A DNA stretch of 64,000 bases from a virus. Positions 62,438 to 64,000 of this stretch are shown in pieces. The notes below the pieces were generated by a model. That model worked only from the letters and a program-made list of their open reading frames with translations. It was not told where the DNA came from and did not search any database. The stretch spans positions 1 through 64,000 of the IMG/VR virus record IMGVR_UViG_3300009093_000036; one strand, written 5' to 3'. Within the stretch, counting starts at the first letter, position 1, and the number at the start of each line of letters is the position of its first letter. The translations under genes and the position numbers were made by a program.

Positions 62438-63430
62438 TCACGGGCTCGGCGTCGTGCCCTTGGGCCACGGGATGGCGAAACCGTTGTAGTAGACCCATGC
62501 GAGGTCGCTCGACGGGTGCTGCACGACGTCCGGGTAGTTACGAGCGATGATCGTCTTCTCGGACAGGTGATGCGAGAGCCCGAAGAAGAGCCCCGGGTTG
62601 CCGCTGCCCTGATTCAGGAAGCGCATGTACCTCACAGCGATGATGTCGTCACCACCGTCGTAGTCGTTCGCCCCCATACCTCCGGCGCTGATGCCGCTCG
62701 CATCGCTGATCGTGTTGCCGGAGCCGTTGTTGGTCCCGAACCGAGCGCAGATGATGGGGATGAGCGTGCGAGTGCTCAGGGTGGGCGAGTAGAGAAGCTG
62801 CATCGTGACCGAGAGCGAAGAGCTCGACCCCGCGGGAGAAGCCGTGCCCTGGAAGGCATGCCAGACGCACGGGTCGATCACACTCCCCAAGCTCGCGTAG
62901 CGGCTCTCGTCGGTTCGTGAAGAGAGCGGATCGCAGCAGATGAAGTCAGCGCGAGTGCTCGTGCTCTGGATGGTCCGGATGAGCCAGAAGCCCCACACAC
63001 CGTTGATGGCGGTGTCTTCGACGACGGCATGCGTGTAGATCAACGCGCTGGTGTTGAAGTTGCCCGAGCTGATGATGGTGACCTCATCCGTTGCCGTCGG
63101 ACGAGCGGAGGCTCCTGGAGAGCCACCCGTGAAGCGAGCCGAGTAGCTGTAGTAGAGGCTCCAGACTGACGCCGAGCTCTCGCGCTTGATGATGATCTCG
63201 CGGTTCCCGCTCGGGTCACGTAGACGCACCCAGCGGTTCGTGCCGTCGAGTCCTCCGGTACCCGTGCCACCGGAAACCACAGGCCCAGCCGCGCTGTTCG
63301 AGAACGTTGTGCCGTCCCCTGAGCCCTGCTGCGTCCAGCCCACGGAGAGAAGCGCGGTGACGAGGGTGTACCAAGACACGCCCATGGTGGCCGCCACCTG
63401 ATTCACGAGCGAATGTGTCGAGACCGTCAT
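62438..63430 (-). CDS. Virion structural protein, paralog of 61378..62427
   Basis: Same shared motifs, plus a shared C-terminal ...IPW. Confidence 0.6.
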   Translation of the reverse strand: MTVSTHSLVNQVAATMGVSWYTLVTALLSVGWTQQGSGDGTTFSNSAAGPVVSGGTGTGGLDGTNRWVRLRDPSGNREIIIKRESSASVWSLYYSYSARFTGGSPGASARPTATDEVTIISSGNFNTSALIYTHAVVEDTAINGVWGFWLIRTIQSTSTRADFICCDPLSSRTDESRYASLGSVIDPCVWHAFQGTASPAGSSSSLSVTMQLLYSPTLSTRTLIPIICARFGTNNGSGNTISDASGISAGGMGANDYDGGDDIIAVRYMRFLNQGSGNPGLFFGLSHHLSEKTIIARNYPDVVQHPSSDLAWVYYNGFAIPWPKGTTPSP

Positions 63431-63999
63431 CAGCTCACCTCGATGCCTGCCCAGTGGATCTTGACGAGATCACCGAGGGTGGCGGCATCCAAAATAGCAC
63501 GGAGCTCGTATACCCGAGCGGTGTTGAAGATGGTGTTGGTGTTGACACCCGGAGACGCCGTCTTGGTGAGACCCTGCTGACGGTCGAGGATGTTCGAGCC
63601 CGCCGAGAAGTTGATGGAGAGCGTCGACCGAAGGACCGGCGTGATGGCGGCTCCACCCACGGGCCCTGTGTCGTAGAGGCGAACACGAGCATCGCCCGAG
63701 GTCGCAGGACTGAAGCGGCCGAACATGTGGAAGACGCTCGTCTGCTTCGTACTGCCGTCGAAGATGAAGCCTCCGATGACGACCTCGACGTTGATGAGCG
63801 AGATGTCCTGATTCAGCGCCCCGACGAAGGTGCCCTTCGCTGCGGTGCCGACATCCGACCACGTCGCCGGGTACGTCGCGCTGTCGCACTTGCGGTAGAG
63901 CAAGCTCGTCGTGTTGTAGTAGATGTCGCCCTGTCGCAGAAGTGGTTCAGCCGCAGCCGTACCGTAGTCCGTGGTGGAGGGCGGCCAGAAGCGGTTCTG
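63430..63999 (-). CDS. Structural/fibre-type protein, 5' end outside the window (partial)
   Basis: The frame stays open to the window edge (QNRFWPPSTTDYG...QGDIYYNTTSLLYRKC); GD.YYNT fibre-like motif. Confidence 0.6.
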   Translation of the reverse strand, partial: QNRFWPPSTTDYGTAAAEPLLRQGDIYYNTTSLLYRKCDSATYPATWSDVGTAAKGTFVGALNQDISLINVEVVIGGFIFDGSTKQTSVFHMFGRFSPATSGDARVRLYDTGPVGGAAITPVLRSTLSINFSAGSNILDRQQGLTKTASPGVNTNTIFNTARVYELRAILDAATLGDLVKIHWAGIEVS

Positions 64000-64000
64000 C

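Noticed and set aside
1-64000. Genome-wide TAG reassignment (code 15-like)
   Set aside because: Long conserved genes are uninterrupted in the standard code, and several genes end at TAG at natural-looking positions.
1-64000. Prophage or integrative element boundaries
   Set aside because: No integrase, att-like direct repeat, or switch to host housekeeping genes was seen. The tRNA is intact and internal to an operon.

Overview
The whole window looks like part of a large, GC-rich, tailed dsDNA bacteriophage genome with a contractile-tail baseplate. I see no host housekeeping genes, integrase or CRISPR array. A Myxococcota-like host is only an inference. Layout: (1) 1-14.8 kb, + strand replication/recombination operon: UDG-family-4-like protein, DUF932-like protein, DnaB-like helicase, primase, Zn-rich SSB, family-A DNA polymerase, RecA-like recombinase, PD-(D/E)XK nuclease, Cas4-like nuclease, UvsY-like protein, RusA-like resolvase. 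(2) 14.8-49.6 kb, mostly - strand virion module: putative holin/spanin-like membrane genes, tail-fibre and baseplate proteins, baseplate J-like, gp25-like, SNF2-like helicase, a sigma-70-family factor, hub-like, tube-like and tape-measure-like proteins. This module is interrupted by small accessory islands, including 42.1-45.9 kb (HTH/Zn-finger-NADAR fusion, a tRNA with CUA amber anticodon, a methyltransferase-fold protein, a Pth2-like protein). (3) 49.7-53.2 kb, + strand accessory genes (dNMP kinase and others). (4) 53.2-64 kb, - strand operon in which a complete PAS-PAS histidine kinase plus two receiver proteins is translationally coupled between virion-type genes. Top observations: an amber-suppressor tRNA in a standard-code phage, next to Pth2 and NADAR, with an in-frame TAG separating the hub gene from the next ORF; a phage-encoded phosphorelay; and a recurrent intergenic CCTATCAG/GATAG element that is a candidate promoter for the phage sigma factor. 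All family assignments come from motif recognition by eye. No database searches were run.
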